This document shows, in pieces, positions 41,491-55,400 of a stretch of 64,000 nt of DNA; the first letter of the stretch is position 1; each line of letters opens with the position of its first letter. The DNA is from Eledone cirrhosa (Eukaryota), in contig OZ024748.1 in NCBI GenBank assembly GCA_964016885.1, forward strand, positions 39,432,001 through 39,496,000, read 5' to 3'. Under the pieces are notes generated by a model. That model saw only the letters and a list, made by a program, of their open reading frames with translations. It searched no databases and was not told the origin of the DNA. The translations under genes were made by a program, and so were the position numbers.

Positions 41491-44400
41491 TTCTAATGAA
41501 AGACACTGTCTATGTCATTAACCCTTTCATTACCATATTTCTAATGAAAGTCACTGTCTATGTCATTAACCCTTTCATTGCCATATTTCTAATGAAAGAC
41601 ACTGTCTATGTCATTAACCCTTTCATTACCATATTTCCGAGACTGTCTATTTCATTAACCCTTTCATTACCATATTTCTAATGAAAGTCACTGTCTATGT
41701 CATTAATCCTTTCATTACCATATTTCTAATGAAAGGCACTGTCTATGTCATTAACCCTTTCATTACCATATTTCTAATGAAAGTCACTGTCTATGTCATT
41801 AACCCTTTCATTACCATATTTCTAATGAAAGACACTGTCTATGTCATTAACCCTTTCATTACCATATTTCTGAGACTGTCTATTTCATTAACCCTTTCAT
41901 TACCATATTTCTAATGAAAGACACTGTCTATGTCATTAACCCTTTCATTACAATATTTCTAATGAAAGTCACTGTCTATGTCATTAACCCTTTCATTACC
42001 ATATTTCTAATGAAAGTCACTGTCTATGTCATTAACCCTTTCATTACCATATTTCTAATGAAAGTCACTGTCTATGTCATTAACCCTTTCATTACCATAT
42101 TTCTAATGAAAGTCACTGTCTATGTCATTAACCCTTTCATTACCATATTTCTAATGAAAGTCACTGTCTATTTCATTAACCCTTTCATTACCATATTTCT
42201 AATGAAAGACACTGTCTATGTCATTAAACCTTTCATTACCATATTTCTAAGGAAAGACACTGTTTATTTCATTAACCCTTTCATTACCATATTTCTAATG
42301 AAAGACACTGTCTATTTCATTAACCCTTTCATTACCATATTTCTAATGAAAGACACTGTCTTTTTCATTAAACCTTTCATTACCATATTTCTAATGAAAG
42401 ACACTGTCTATGTCATTAACCCGTTCATTACCATATTTCTAATGAAAGTCACTGTCTATGTCATTAACCCTTTCATTACCATATTTCTAATGAAAGACAC
42501 AGTCTATGTCATTAATCCTTTCATTACCATATTTCTAATGAAAGTCACTGTCTATGTCATTAACCCTTTCATTACCATATTTCTAATGAAAGACACTGTC
42601 TATGTGATTAACCCTGTCATTACCATATTTCTAATGAAAGTTACTGTCTATGTCAGTAACCCTGTCATTACCATATTTCTAATGAAAGTCACTCTCTATG
42701 TCATTAACCCTTTCATTACCATATTTCTAATGAAAGACACTGTCTATGTGATTAATCCTGTCATTACCATATTTCTAATGAAAGTCACTGTCTATGTCAT
42801 TAACCCTTTCATTACCATATTTCTAATGAAAGACACAGTCTATGTCATTAATCCTTTCATTACCATATTTCTAATGAAAGTCACTGTCTATGTCATTAAC
42901 CCTTTCATTACCATATTTCTAATGAAAGTCACTCTCTACTTCATTAACCCTTTCATTACCATATTTCTAATGAAAGACACAGTCTATGTCATTAATCCTT
43001 TCATTACCATATTTCTAATGAAAGTCACTGTCTATGTCATTAACCCTTTCATTACCATATTTCTAATGAAAGTCACTCTCTACTTCAGTAACCCTTTCAT
43101 TACCATATTTCTAATGAAAGACACTGTCTATGTCATTAACCCTTTCATTACCATATTTCTAATGAAAGTCATTGTCTATGTCATTAACCCTTTCATTACC
43201 ATATTTCTAATGAAAGACACAGTCTATGTCATTAATCCTTTCATTACCATATTTCTAATGAAAGACACTGTCTATGTCATTAACCCTTTCATTACCATAT
43301 TTCTAATGAAAGTCACTCTCTACTTCATTAACCCTTTCATTACCATATTTCTAATGAAAGACACAGTCTATGTCATTAATCCTTTCATTACCATATTTCT
43401 AATGAAAGTCACTGTCTATGTCATTAACCCTTTCATTACCATATTTCTAATGAAAGTCACTCTCTACTTCATTAACCCTGTCATTACCATATTTCTAATG
43501 AAAGTCACTGTCTATGTCATTAACCCTTTCATTACCATATTTCTAATGAAAGACACTGTCTATGTCATTAATCCTTTCATTACCATATTTCTAATGAAAG
43601 TCACTGTCTATGTCATTAACCCTTTCATTACCATATTTCTAATGAAAGTCACTGTCTATGTCATTAACCCTTTCATTACCATATTTCTAATGAAAGTCAC
43701 TGTCTATGTCATTAACCCTTTCATTACCATATTTCTAATGAAAGTCACTGTCTATGTCATTAATCCTTTCATTACCATATTTCTAATGAAAGTCACTGTC
43801 TATGTCATTAACCCTTTCATTACCATATTTCTAATGAAAGTCACTGTCTATGTCATTAACCCTTTCATTACCATATTTCTAATGAAAGTCACTGTCTATG
43901 TCATTAACCCTTTCATTACCATATTTCTAATGAAAGTCATTGTCTATGTCATTAATCCTTTCATTACCATATTTCTAATGAAAGTCACTGTCTATGTCAT
44001 TAATCCTTTCATTACCATATTTCTAATGAAAGACACTGTCTATGTCATTAACCCTTTCATTACCATATTTCTAATGAAAGTCACTGTCTATGTCATTAAT
44101 CCTTTCATTACCATATTTCTAATGAAAGTCACTGTCTATGTCATTAACCCTTTCATTACCATATTTCTAATGAAAGACACTGTCTATGTCATTAACCCTT
44201 TCATTACCATATTTCTAATGAAAGTCACTGTCTATGTCATTAACCCTTTCATTGCCATATTTCTAATGAAAGACACTGTCTATGTCATTAACCCTTTCAT
44301 TACCATATTTCCGAGACTGTCTATTTCATTAACCCTTTCATTACCATATTTCTAATGAAAGTCACTGTCTATGTCATTAATCCTTTCATTACCATATTTC

Positions 44401-47400
44401 TAATGAAAGGCACTGTCTATGTCATTAACCCTTTCATTACCATATTTCTAATGAAAGTCACTGTCTATGTCATTAACCCTTTCATTACCATATTTCTAAT
44501 GAAAGACACTGTCTATGTCATTAACCCTTTCATTACCATATTTCTGAGACTGTCTATTTCATTAACCCTTTCATTACCATATTTCTAATGAAAGACACTG
44601 TCTATGTCATTAACCCTTTCATTACAATATTTCTAATGAAAGTCACTGTCTATGTCATTAACCCTTTCATTACCATATTTCTAATGAAAGTCACTGTCTA
44701 TGTCATTAACCCTTTCATTACCATATTTCTAATGAAAGTCACTGTCTATGTCATTAACCCTTTCATTACCATATTTCTAATGAAAGTCACTGTCTATGTC
44801 ATTAACCCTTTCATTACCATATTTCTAATGAAAGTCACTGTCTATGTCATTAACCCTTTCATTACCATATTTCTAATGAAAGTCACTGTCTATTTCATTA
44901 ACCCTTTCATTACCATATTTCTAATGAAAGACACTGTCTATGTCATTAAACCTTTCATTACCATATTTCTAAGGAAAGACACTGTTTATTTCATTAACCC
45001 TTTCATTACCATATTTCTAATGAAAGACACTGTCTATTTCATTAACCCTTTCATTACCATATTTCTAATGAAAGACACTGTCTTTTTCATTAAACCTTTC
45101 ATTACCATATTTCTAATGAAAGACACTGTCTATGTCATTAACCCGTTCATTACCATATTTCTAATGAAAGTCACTGTCTATGTCATTAACCCTTTCATTA
45201 CCATATTTCTAATGAAAGACACAGTCTATGTCATTAATCCTTTCATTACCATATTTCTAATGAAAGTCACTGTCTATGTCATTAACCCTTTCATTACCAT
45301 ATTTCTAATGAAAGACACTGTCTATGTGATTAACCCTGTCATTACCATATTTCTAATGAAAGTTACTGTCTATGTCAGTAACCCTGTCATTACCATATTT
45401 CTAATGAAAGTCACTCTCTATGTCATTAACCCTTTCATTACCATATTTCTAATGAAAGACACTGTCTATGTGATTAATCCTGTCATTACCATATTTCTAA
45501 TGAAAGTCACTGTCTATGTCATTAACCCTTTCATTACCATATTTCTAATGAAAGACACAGTCTATGTCATTAATCCTTTCATTACCATATTTCTAATGAA
45601 AGTCACTGTCTATGTCATTAACCCTTTCATTACCATATTTCTAATGAAAGTCACTCTCTACTTCATTAACCCTTTCATTACCATATTTCTAATGAAAGAC
45701 ACAGTCTATGTCATTAATCCTTTCATTACCATATTTCTAATGAAAGTCACTGTCTATGTCATTAACCCTTTCATTACCATATTTCTAATGAAAGTCACTC
45801 TCTACTTCATTAACCCTTTCATTACCATATTTCTAATGAAAGTCACTGTCTATGTCATTAATCCTTTCATTACCATATTTCTAATGAAAGTCACTGTCTA
45901 TGTCATTAACCCTTTCATTACCATATTTCTAATGAAAGTCACTCTCTACTTCATTAACCCTTTCATTACCATATTTCTAATGAAAGACACTGTCTATGTC
46001 ATTAACCCTTTCATTACCATATTTCTAATGAAAGTCATTGTCTATGTCATTAACCCTTTCATTACCATATTTCTAATGAAAGTCACTGTCTATGTCATTA
46101 ACCCTTTCATTACCATATTTCTAATGAAAGTCACTGTCTATGTCATTAACCCTTTCATTACCATATTTCTAATGAAAGTCACTGTCTATGTCATTAATCC
46201 TTTCATTACCATATTTCTAATGAAAGTCACTGTCTATGTCATTAATCCTTTCATTACCATATTTCTAATGAAAGACACTGTCTATGTCATTAACCCTTTC
46301 ATTACCATATTTCTAATGAAAGTCACTGTCTATGTCATTAATCCTTTCATTACCATATTTCTAATGAAAGTCACTGTCTATGTCATTAACCCTTTCATTA
46401 CCATATTTCTAATGAAAGACACTGTCTATGTCATTAACCCTTTCATTACCATATTTCTAATGAAAGTCACTGTCTATGTCATTAACCCTTTCATTGCCAT
46501 ATTTCTAATGAAAGACACTGTCTATGTCATTAACCCTTTCATTACCATATTTCCGAGACTGTCTATTTCATTAACCCTTTCATTACCATATTTCTAATGA
46601 AAGTCACTGTCTATGTCATTAATCCTTTCATTACCATATTTCTAATGAAAGGCACTGTCTATGTCATTAACCCTTTCATTACCATATTTCTAATGAAAGT
46701 CACTGTCTATGTCATTAACCCTTTCATTACCATATTTCTAATGAAAGACACTGTCTATGTCATTAACCCTTTCATTACCATATTTCTGAGACTGTCTATT
46801 TCATTAACCCTTTCATTACCATATTTCTAATGAAAGACACTGTCTATGTCATTAACCCTTTCATTACAATATTTCTAATGAAAGTCACTGTCTATGTCAT
46901 TAACCCTTTCATTACCATATTTCTAATGAAAGTCACTGTCTATGTCATTAACCCTTTCATTACCATATTTCTAATGAAAGTCACTGTCTATGTCATTAAC
47001 CCTTTCATTACCATATTTCTAATGAAAGTCACTGTCTATGTCATTAACCCTTTCATTACCATATTTCTAATGAAAGTCACTGTCTATGTCATTAACCCTT
47101 TCATTACCATATTTCTAATGAAAGTCACTGTCTATTTCATTAACCCTTTCATTACCATATTTCTAATGAAAGACACTGTCTATGTCATTAAACCTTTCAT
47201 TACCATATTTCTAAGGAAAGACACTGTTTATTTCATTAACCCTTTCATTACCATATTTCTAATGAAAGACACTGTCTATTTCATTAACCCTTTCATTACC
47301 ATATTTCTAATGAAAGACACTGTCTTTTTCATTAAACCTTTCATTACCATATTTCTAATGAAAGACACTGTCTATGTCATTAACCCGTTCATTACCATAT

Positions 47401-48939
47401 TTCTAATGAAAGTCACTGTCTATGTCATTAACCCTTTCATTACCATATTTCTAATGAAAGACACAGTCTATGTCATTAATCCTTTCATTACCATATTTCT
47501 AATGAAAGTCACTGTCTATGTCATTAACCCTTTCATTACCATATTTCTAATGAAAGACACTGTCTATGTGATTAACCCTGTCATTACCATATTTCTAATG
47601 AAAGTTACTGTCTATGTCAGTAACCCTGTCATTACCATATTTCTAATGAAAGTCACTCTCTATGTCATTAACCCTTTCATTACCATATTTCTAATGAAAG
47701 ACACTGTCTATGTGATTAATCCTGTCATTACCATATTTCTAATGAAAGTCACTGTCTATGTCATTAACCCTTTCATTACCATATTTCTAATGAAAGACAC
47801 AGTCTATGTCATTAATCCTTTCATTACCATATTTCTAATGAAAGTCACTGTCTATGTCATTAACCCTTTCATTACCATATTTCTAATGAAAGTCACTCTC
47901 TACTTCATTAACCCTTTCATTACCATATTTCTAATGAAAGACACAGTCTATGTCATTAATCCTTTCATTACCATATTTCTAATGAAAGTCACTGTCTATG
48001 TCATTAACCCTTTCATTACCATATTTCTAATGAAAGTCACTCTCTACTTCATTAACCCTTTCATTACCATATTTCTAATGAAAGTCACTGTCTATGTCAT
48101 TAATCCTTTCATTACCATATTTCTAATGAAAGTCACTGTCTATGTCATTAACCCTTTCATTACCATATTTCTAATGAAAGTCACTCTCTACTTCATTAAC
48201 CCTTTCATTACCATATTTCTAATGAAAGACACTGTCTATGTCATTAACCCTTTCATTACCATATTTCTAATGAAAGTCATTGTCTATGTCATTAACCCTT
48301 TCATTACCATATTTCTAATGAAAGACACAGTCTATGTCATTAATCCTTTCATTACCATATTTCTAATGAAAGACACTGTCTATGTCATTAACCCTTTCAT
48401 TACCATATTTCTAATGAAAGTCACTCTCTACTTCATTAACCCTTTCATTACCATATTTCTAATGAAAGACACAGTCTATGTCATTAATCCTTTCATTACC
48501 ATATTTCTAATGAAAGTCACTGTCTATGTCATTAACCCTTTCATTACCATATTTTTAATGAAAGACACTGTCTATGTGATTAACCCTGTCATTACCATAT
48601 TTCTAATGAAAGTCACTGTTTATGTCATTAACCCTGTCATTACCATATTTCTAATGAAAGTCACTGTCTATGTCATTAACCCTTTCATTACCATATTTCT
48701 AATGAAAGACACTGTCTATGTCATTAACCCTTTCATTACAATATTTCTAATGAAAGTCACTGTCTATGTCATTAACCCTTTCATTACCATATTTCTAATG
48801 AAAGTCACTGTCTATGTCATTAACCCTTTCATTACCATATTTCTAATGAAAATCATTGTTTATGTCATTAACCCTGTCATTACCATATTTCTAATGAAAG
48901 TCACTGTCTATGTCATTAACCCTTTCATTACCATATTTC

Positions 48940-51900
48940 TAATGAAAGACACTGTCTATGTCATTAACCCTTTCATTACCATATTTCTAATGAAAGACAC
49001 TGTCTATGTCATTAACCCTTTCATTACCATATTTCTAATGAAAGACACTGTCTATGTCATTAACCCTTTCATTACTATATTTCTAATGAAAGTCACTGTC
49101 TATGTCATTAACCCTTTCATTACCATATTTCTAATGAAAGACACTGTCTATGTGATTAACCCTGTCATTACCATATTTCTAATGAAAGTCACTGTTTATG
49201 TCATTAACCCTGTCATTACCATATTTCTAATGAAAGTCACTGTCTATGTCATTAACCCTTTCATTACCATATTTCTAATGAAAGACACTGTCTATTTCAT
49301 TAACCCTTTCATTACCATATTTCTAATGAAAGACACTGTCTATGTCATTAACCCTTTCAATACCATATTTCTAATGAAAGACACTGTTTATTTCATTAAC
49401 CCTTTCAATACCATATTTCTAATGAAAGACACTGTCTATTTCATTAACCCTTTCATTACCATATTTCTAATGAAAGACACTGTCTATTTCATTAACCCTT
49501 TCATTACCATATTTCTAATGAAAGACACTGTCTATTTCATTAACCCTTTCATTACCATATTTCTAATGAAAGACACTGTCTATTTCATTAACCCTTTCAT
49601 TACCATATTTCTAATGAAAGACACTGTCTATTTCATTAAACCTTTCATTACCATATTTCTAATGAAAGACACTGTCTATGTCATTAACCCTTTCATTACC
49701 ATATTTCTAATGAAAGTCACTGTCTATGTCATTAACCCTTTCATTACCATATTTCTAATGAAAGACACAGTCTATGTCATTAATCCTTTCATTACCATAT
49801 TTCTAATGAAAGACACTGTCTATGTCATTAACCCTTTCATTACCATATTTCTAATGAAAGACACTGTCTATTTCATTAACCCTTTCATTACCATATTTCT
49901 AATGAAAGACACTGTCTATGTCATTAACCCTTTCATTACCATATTTCTAATGAAAGACACTGTCTATGTCATTAACCCTTTCATTACCATATTTCTAATG
50001 AAAGTCACTGTCTATGTCATTAACCCTTTCATTACCATATTTCTAATGAAAGACACTGTCTATGTCATTAACCCTTTCATTACCATATTTCTAATGAAAG
50101 TCACTGTTTATGTCATTAACCCTGTCATTACCATATTTCTAATGAAAGTCACTGTCTATGTCATTAAACCTTTCATTACCATATTTCTAATGAAAGACAC
50201 TGTCTATGTCATTAACCCTTTCATTACCATATTTCTAATGAAAGTCACTGTCTATGTCATTAACCCTTTCATTACCATATTTCTAATGAAAGTCACTGTC
50301 TATGTCATTAACCCTTTCATTACCATATTTCTAATGAAAGTCACTGTTTATGTCATTAACCCTGTCATTACCATATTTCTAATGAAAGTCACTGTCTATG
50401 TCATTAACCCTTTCATTACCATATTTCTAATGAAAGACACTGTCTATGTCATTAACCCTTTCATTACCATATTTCTAATGAAAGACACTGTCTATGTCAT
50501 TAACCCTTTCATTACCATATTTCTAATGAAAGACACTGTCTATGTCATTAACCCTTTCATTACCATATTTCTAATGAAAGACACTGTCTATGTCATTAAC
50601 CCTTTCATTACTATATTTCTAATGAAAGTCACTGTCTATGTCATTAACCCTTTCATTACCATATTTCTAATGAAAGACACTGTCTATGTGATTAACCCTG
50701 TCATTACCATATTTCTAATGAAAGTCACTGTTTATGTCATTAACCCTGTCATTACCATATTTCTAATGAAAGTCACTGTCTATGTCATTAACCCTTTCAT
50801 TACCATATTTCTAATGAAAGACACTGTCTATTTCATTAACCCTTTCATTACCATATTTCTAATGAAAGACACTGTCTATGTCATTAACCCTTTCAATACC
50901 ATATTTCTAATGAAAGACACTGTTTATTTCATTAACCCTTTCAATACCATATTTCTAATGAAAGACACTGTCTATTTCATTAACCCTTTCATTACCATAT
51001 TTCTAATGAAAGACACTGTCTATTTCATTAACCCTTTCATTACCATATTTCTAATGAAAGACACTGTCTATTTCATTAACCCTTTCATTACCATATTTCT
51101 AATGAAAGACACTGTCTATTTCATTAACCCTTTCATTACCATATTTCTAATGAAAGACACTGTCTATTTCATTAAACCTTTCATTACCATATTTCTAATG
51201 AAAGACACTGTCTATGTCATTAACCCTTTCATTACCATATTTCTAATGAAAGTCACTGTCTATGTCATTAACCCTTTCATTACCATATTTCTAATGAAAG
51301 ACACAGTCTATGTCATTAATCCTTTCATTACCATATTTCTAATGAAAGACACTGTCTATGTCATTAACCCTTTCATTACCATATTTCTAATGAAAGACAC
51401 TGTCTATTTCATTAACCCTTTCATTACCATATTTCTAATGAAAGACACTGTCTATGTCATTAACCCTTTCATTACCATATTTCTAATGAAAGACACTGTC
51501 TATGTCATTAACCCTTTCATTACCATATTTCTAATGAAAGTCACTGTCTATGTCATTAACCCTTTCATTACCATATTTCTAATGAAAGACACTGTCTATG
51601 TCATTAACCCTTTCATTACCATATTTCTAATGAAAGTCACTGTTTATGTCATTAACCCTGTCATTACCATATTTCTAATGAAAGTCACTGTCTATGTCAT
51701 TAAACCTTTCATTACCATATTTCTAATGAAAGACACTGTCTATGTCATTAACCCTTTCATTACCATATTTCTAATGAAAGTCACTGTCTATGTCATTAAC
51801 CCTTTCATTACCATATTTCTAATGAAAGTCACTGTCTATGTCATTAACCCTTTCATTACCATATTTCTAATGAAAGTCACTGTTTATGTCATTAACCCTG

Positions 51901-52010
51901 TCATTACCATATTTCTAATGAAAGTCACTGTCTATGTCATTAACCCTTTCATTACCATATTTCTAATGAAAGACACTGTCTATGTCATTAACCCTTTCAT
52001 TACCATATTT
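48940..52010. repeat. 1,536-bp (32-monomer) tandem duplication
   Basis: ATTACTATA occurs at 49071 and 50607. The TTCAATACC doublet and both ATTAAACC monomers repeat at the same offset. Breakpoints are approximate. Confidence 0.85.
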
Positions 52011-52486
52011 CTAATGAAATTCACTGTCTATGTCATTAACCCTTTCATTACCATATTTCTAATGAAAGTCACTGTTTATGTCATTAACCCTGTCATTACC
52101 ATATTTCTAATGAAAGTCACTGTCTATGTCATTAACCCTTTCATTACCATATTTCTAATGAAAGACACTGTCTATGTCATTAACCCTTTCATTACCATAT
52201 TTCTAATGAAAGTCACTGTCTATGTCATTAACCCTTTCATTACCATATTTCTAATGAAAGTCACTGTCTATGTCATTAATCCTTTCATTACCATATTTCT
52301 AATGAAAGGCACTGTCTATGTCATTAACCCTTTCATTACCATATTTCTAATGAAAGTCACTGTCTATGTCATTAACCCTTCCATTATCATATTTCTAATG
52401 AAAGACACTGTCTATGTCATTAACCCTTTCATTACCATATTTCTGAGACTGTCTATTTCATTAACCCTTTCATTACCATATTTCTA

Positions 52487-55400
52487 ATGAAAGTCACTGT
52501 CTATGTCATTAATCCTTTCATTACCATATTTCTAATGAAAGGCACTGTCTATGTCATTAACCCTTTCATTACCATATTTCTAATGAAAGTCACTGTCTAT
52601 GTCATTAACCCTTTCATTACCATATTTCTAATGAAAGACACAGTCTATGTCATTAACCCTTTCATTAACATATTTCTCACAAAAGACACTGCCTATGTCC
52701 ATATTACCATATATCTAATGAAAGACACTGTCTATGTCATTAACTCTTTCATTACCATATTTCTAATGAAAGACACTGTCTATTTCATTAACCCTTTCAT
52801 TACCATATTTCTAATGAAAGACACTGTCAATGTCATTAACCCTTTCATTACCATATTTCTGACACTGTCTATGTCATTAACCCTTTCATTACCATATTTC
52901 TAATGAAAGTCACTGTTTATGTTATTAACTCTTTCATTACCATATTTCTAATGAAAGTCACTCTCTACTTCATTAACCCTTTCATTACCATATTTATAAT
53001 GAAAGACACTGTCTATGTCATTAATCCTTTCATTACCATATTTCTAATGAAAGACACTGTCTATGTCATTAACCCTTTCATTACCATATTTCTAATGAAA
53101 GTCACTCTCTACTTCATTAACCCTTTCATTACCATATTTCTAATGAAAGACACAGTCTATGTCATTAACCCTTTCATTACCATATTTCTAATGAAAGTCA
53201 CTGTCTATTTCATTAACCCTGTCATTACCATATTTCTAATGAAAGTCACTGTCTATGTCATTAACCCTTTCATTACCATATTTCTAATGAAAGTCACTGT
53301 CTATGTCATTAACCCTTTCATTACCATATTTCTAATGAAAGTCACTGTTTATGTCATTAACCCTTTCATTACCATATTTCTAATGAAGGTCACTGTTTAT
53401 GTCATTAACCCTGTCATTACCATATTTCTAATGAAAGTCACTGTCTATGTCATTAACCCTTTCATTACCATATTTCTAATGAAAGACACTGTCTATGTCA
53501 TTAACCCTTTCATTACCATATTTCTAATGAAAGTCACTGTCTATGTCATTAACCCTTTCATTACCATATTTCTAATCAAAGTCACTGTCTATGTCATTAA
53601 CCCTTTCATTACCATATTTCTAATGAAAATCACTGTTTATGTCATTAACCCTGTCATTACCATATTTCTAATGAAAGTCACTGTCTATGTCATTAACCCT
53701 TTCATTACCATATATCTAATGAAAGACACTGTCTATGTCATTAACCCTTTCATTACCATATTTCTAATGAAAGACACTGTCTATGTCATTAATCCTTTCA
53801 TTACCATATTTCTAATGAAAGTCACTGTCTATGTCATTAACCCTTTCATTACCATATTTCTAATGAAAGACACTGTCTATGTCATTAACCCTTTCATTAC
53901 CATATTTCTAATGAAAGTCACTGTCTATGTCATTAACCCTTTCATTACCATATTTCTAATGAAAGACACTGTCTATGTGATTAACCCTGTCATTACCATA
54001 TTTCTAATGAAAGTCACTGTTTATGTCATTAACCCTTTCATTACCATATTTCTAATGAAAGACACTGTCTATGTCATTAACCCTTTCATTAACATATTTC
54101 TCACAAAAGAAACTGCCTATGTCCATATTACCATATATCTAATGAAAGACACTGTCTATGTCATTAACTCTTTCATTACCATATTTCTAATGAAAGACAC
54201 TGTCTATTTCATTAACCCTTTCATTACCATATTTCTAATGAAAGACACTGCCAATGTCATTAACCCTTTCATTACCATATTTCTGACACTGTCTATGTCA
54301 TTAACCCTTTCATTACCATATTTCTAATGAAAGTCATTGTCTATGTCATTAACCCTTTCATTACCATATTTCTAATGAAAGACACAGTCTATGTCATTAA
54401 TCCTTTCATTACCATATTTCTAATGAAAGACACTGTGTATGTCATTAACCCTTTCATTACCATATTTCTAATGAAAGTCACTCTCTACTTCATTAACCCT
54501 TTCATTGCCATATTTCTAATGAAAGACACAGTCTATGTCATTAATCCTTTCATTACCATATTTCTAATGAAAGTCACTGTCTATGTCATTAACCCTTTCA
54601 TTACCATATTTCTAATGAAAGACACTGTCTATGTGATTAACCCTGTCATTACCATATTTCTAATGAAAGTCACTGTTTATGTCATTAACCCTGTCATTAC
54701 CATATTTCTAATGAAAGTCACTGTCTATGTCATTAACCCTTTCATTACCATATTTCTAATGAAAGACACTGTCTATGTCATTAACCCTTTCATTACCATA
54801 TTTCTAATGAAAGTCACTGTCTATGTCATTAACCCTTTCATTACCATATTTCTAATGAAAGTCACTGTCTATGTCATTAACCCTTTCATTACCATATTTC
54901 TAATGAAAATCACTATTTATGTCATTAACCCTGTCATTACCATATTTCTAATGAAAGTCACTGTCTATGTCATTAACCCTTTCATTACCATATATCTAAT
55001 GAAAGACACTGTCTATGTCATTAACCCTTTCATTACCATATTTCTAATGAAAGACACTGTCTATGTGATTAACCCTGTCATTACCATATTTCTAATGAAA
55101 GTCACTGTCTATGTCATTAACCCTTTCATTACCATATTTCTAATGAAAGTCACTGTCTATGTCATTAACCCTTTCATTACCATATTTCTAATGAAAGTCA
55201 CTGTTTATGTCATTAACCCTGTCATTACCATATTTCTAATGAAAGTCACTGTCTATGTCATTAACCCTTTCATTACCATATTTCTAATGAAAGACACTGT
55301 CTATGTCATTAACCCTTTCATTACCATATTTCTAATGAAAGTCACTGTCTATGTCATTAACCCTTTCATTACCATATTTCTAATGAAAGTCACTGTCTAT

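Larger units (their letters stand above)
8219..52486. repeat. Central higher-order-repeat domain, about 13 HOR copies of variable length (modal 2,818 bp = 59 monomers)
   Basis: The same ordered series of diagnostic monomers (CCGAGACT 41-mer, AAAGGCAC, CTGAGACT 41-mer, ACAATA, ATTAAACC, CTAAGGAAAG, GTCTTTTTC, AACCCGTTC, GTTACT..AGTAAC, CTCTACTTC, ATTGCC) recurs with anchors at 8262, 11080, 15770, 18732, 21550, 24272, 27090, (29044), 33357, 38719, 41681, 44355 and 46597. Confidence 0.93.

Noticed and set aside
8219-52486. Binary GTC/GAC monomer order as an information-bearing code or diversity-generating cassette system
   Set aside because: The order is accounted for by duplication and deletion history, and the window has no recombinase, reverse transcriptase or expression locus.
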